Origin: Acidobacteriota bacterium
Lineage (GTDB): Bacteria; Acidobacteriota; Vicinamibacteria; Vicinamibacterales; SCN-69-37
Reading direction: 5' to 3'
Length of the DNA: 42,895 bases
Assembly: GCA_004297655.1 (NCBI GenBank)
Contig: SCUN01000054.1
Coordinates: 1-42,895 of the forward strand
Program-made: the position numbers and the translations under genes
The notes under the pieces: model-generated
What the model was told of the DNA's origin: nothing
Database searches by the model: none
The model's input: the letters and a program-made list of their open reading frames with translations, nothing else
Shown here: positions 42,057-42,895 of the stretch, piece by piece
How the letters are laid out: each line of letters opens with the position of its first letter
Position numbering within the stretch: the stretch's first letter is position 1

Positions 42057-42812
42057 CTAGAACCTGAATCCGATTCCCAGCGACAGCACCGGGTAGAACC
42101 GCAGGATCTTGATCGTGTCGTTGAGATCCACTTCCGCGGCTCGTACGTGCGTCTGGATCGTCGCGTCAGTGGCCATGTCCCGGCAGTTCTGCCCGTTGGA
42201 CTGGCACGCCGTGCCGGTAAACGAGAGTTTGCCCGCCGGCGCACCGCCGAAGACCACGCCCAGCTCGAACGGCACGGTCACGCGACGCCCGCCGGCGATG
42301 TTGCCCCAGCCGATCACCACGCCCGGCCGCGCATTCTTGAACGTCACTTCACCAGCCGCCTTGATCGGATTCGACGATGAGCTTTGATACGTCACGTCGT
42401 CGATGTCGATCGTCTTGCCCGCGGGAATGAGCGAGGACAGCGTGACCTTGTTGCCATTGTTCAGCACGAACGTCGGGCTGACGTGAAAGCCGCTGCCGAA
42501 TGGAAACCAGTCAACCGTCGCGGCCAGCGAGTGAAACGACAACTTGCCGACGTACGTGATGTTCGAGTCGGTGTCGTCGAAGTCGTGCGAGAGCGACAGG
42601 AAGTTCACCGTGCCGCGGACGTTGACCTTGTCGTGCACGCGCAACGCCGCATCAACGCCGTAACCGAACGTCGACGCCTTGATCGCCACACCGAAGGCCG
42701 GGCGGCTGGACGCCGATGACGCCGGCGCCGGCGTCTGAGCATTGGCAAGCTGGGGTAAACACACGGCCGCCACGGCCGCGGCGGCGAACGAACTGAGGAT
42801 TGTCGTCTTCAT
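42057..42812 (-). CDS. Outer-membrane beta-barrel protein (hypothetical)
   Basis: Signal peptide MKTTILSSFAAAAVAAVCLPQLANA. Alternating-hydrophobic strands. C-terminal ...LSLGIGFRF with a terminal Phe typical of BAM substrates. Confidence 0.7.
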   Translation of the reverse strand: MKTTILSSFAAAAVAAVCLPQLANAQTPAPASSASSRPAFGVAIKASTFGYGVDAALRVHDKVNVRGTVNFLSLSHDFDDTDSNITYVGKLSFHSLAATVDWFPFGSGFHVSPTFVLNNGNKVTLSSLIPAGKTIDIDDVTYQSSSSNPIKAAGEVTFKNARPGVVIGWGNIAGGRRVTVPFELGVVFGGAPAGKLSFTGTACQSNGQNCRDMATDATIQTHVRAAEVDLNDTIKILRFYPVLSLGIGFRF

Positions 42813-42895
42813 CGAATAGTTTCCACGAAGAGTGTTTTACGGAGGTCCGGCGGATTTTGATCCCGGGAATCGTCACTTCGGGCATCCGGAAACGG

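Overview
High-GC (roughly 65%) bacterial chromosomal segment, densely coding, with about 47 CDS. I saw no rRNA, tRNA, CRISPR array, transposase or integrase. Gene content points to Acidobacteriota (inference only): three PadR regulator + duplicated FtsX-type orphan permease (ADOP) pairs, a CarboxypepD_reg-type TonB-dependent receptor and a PD40 propeller. Recognisable housekeeping genes are nadA-nadC, a type IIA topoisomerase A subunit, trmL, dinB, tag, sodA, guaD, a tandem cyclophilin, rhodanese-SufE, an ECF sigma/anti-sigma pair, proline dehydrogenase and two different membrane desaturases. The most system-like feature is a tightly packed minus-strand string: sigma-54 activator, delta-9 acyl-CoA desaturase, a three-subunit molybdenum hydroxylase, then a SAM methyltransferase. 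The hydroxylase genes are in hcrCAB order, and the FAD subunit carries a Cys-rich [4Fe-4S]-type insertion. This string lies divergent from a candidate sigma-54 promoter driving a CheY-like regulator + guanine deaminase operon. I cannot show it is a new system. It may equally be a nitrogen-regulated purine-catabolic xanthine-dehydrogenase-like enzyme. Non-coding structure not explained by the genes:
- a REP-like GC-hairpin family at five loci, two of them read through by CDS 3' ends;
- a 20-24 nt motif shared by three distant promoters;
- a diverged 97-bp duplication flanking a low-GC3 gene insertion;
- a triple CATGAAG/CTTCATG hairpin;
- a 7-bp tandem repeat at a gene junction;
- AT-rich cores in very short divergent intergenic spacers that suggest leaderless transcription.
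All family assignments come from reading the translations. No database search was run.
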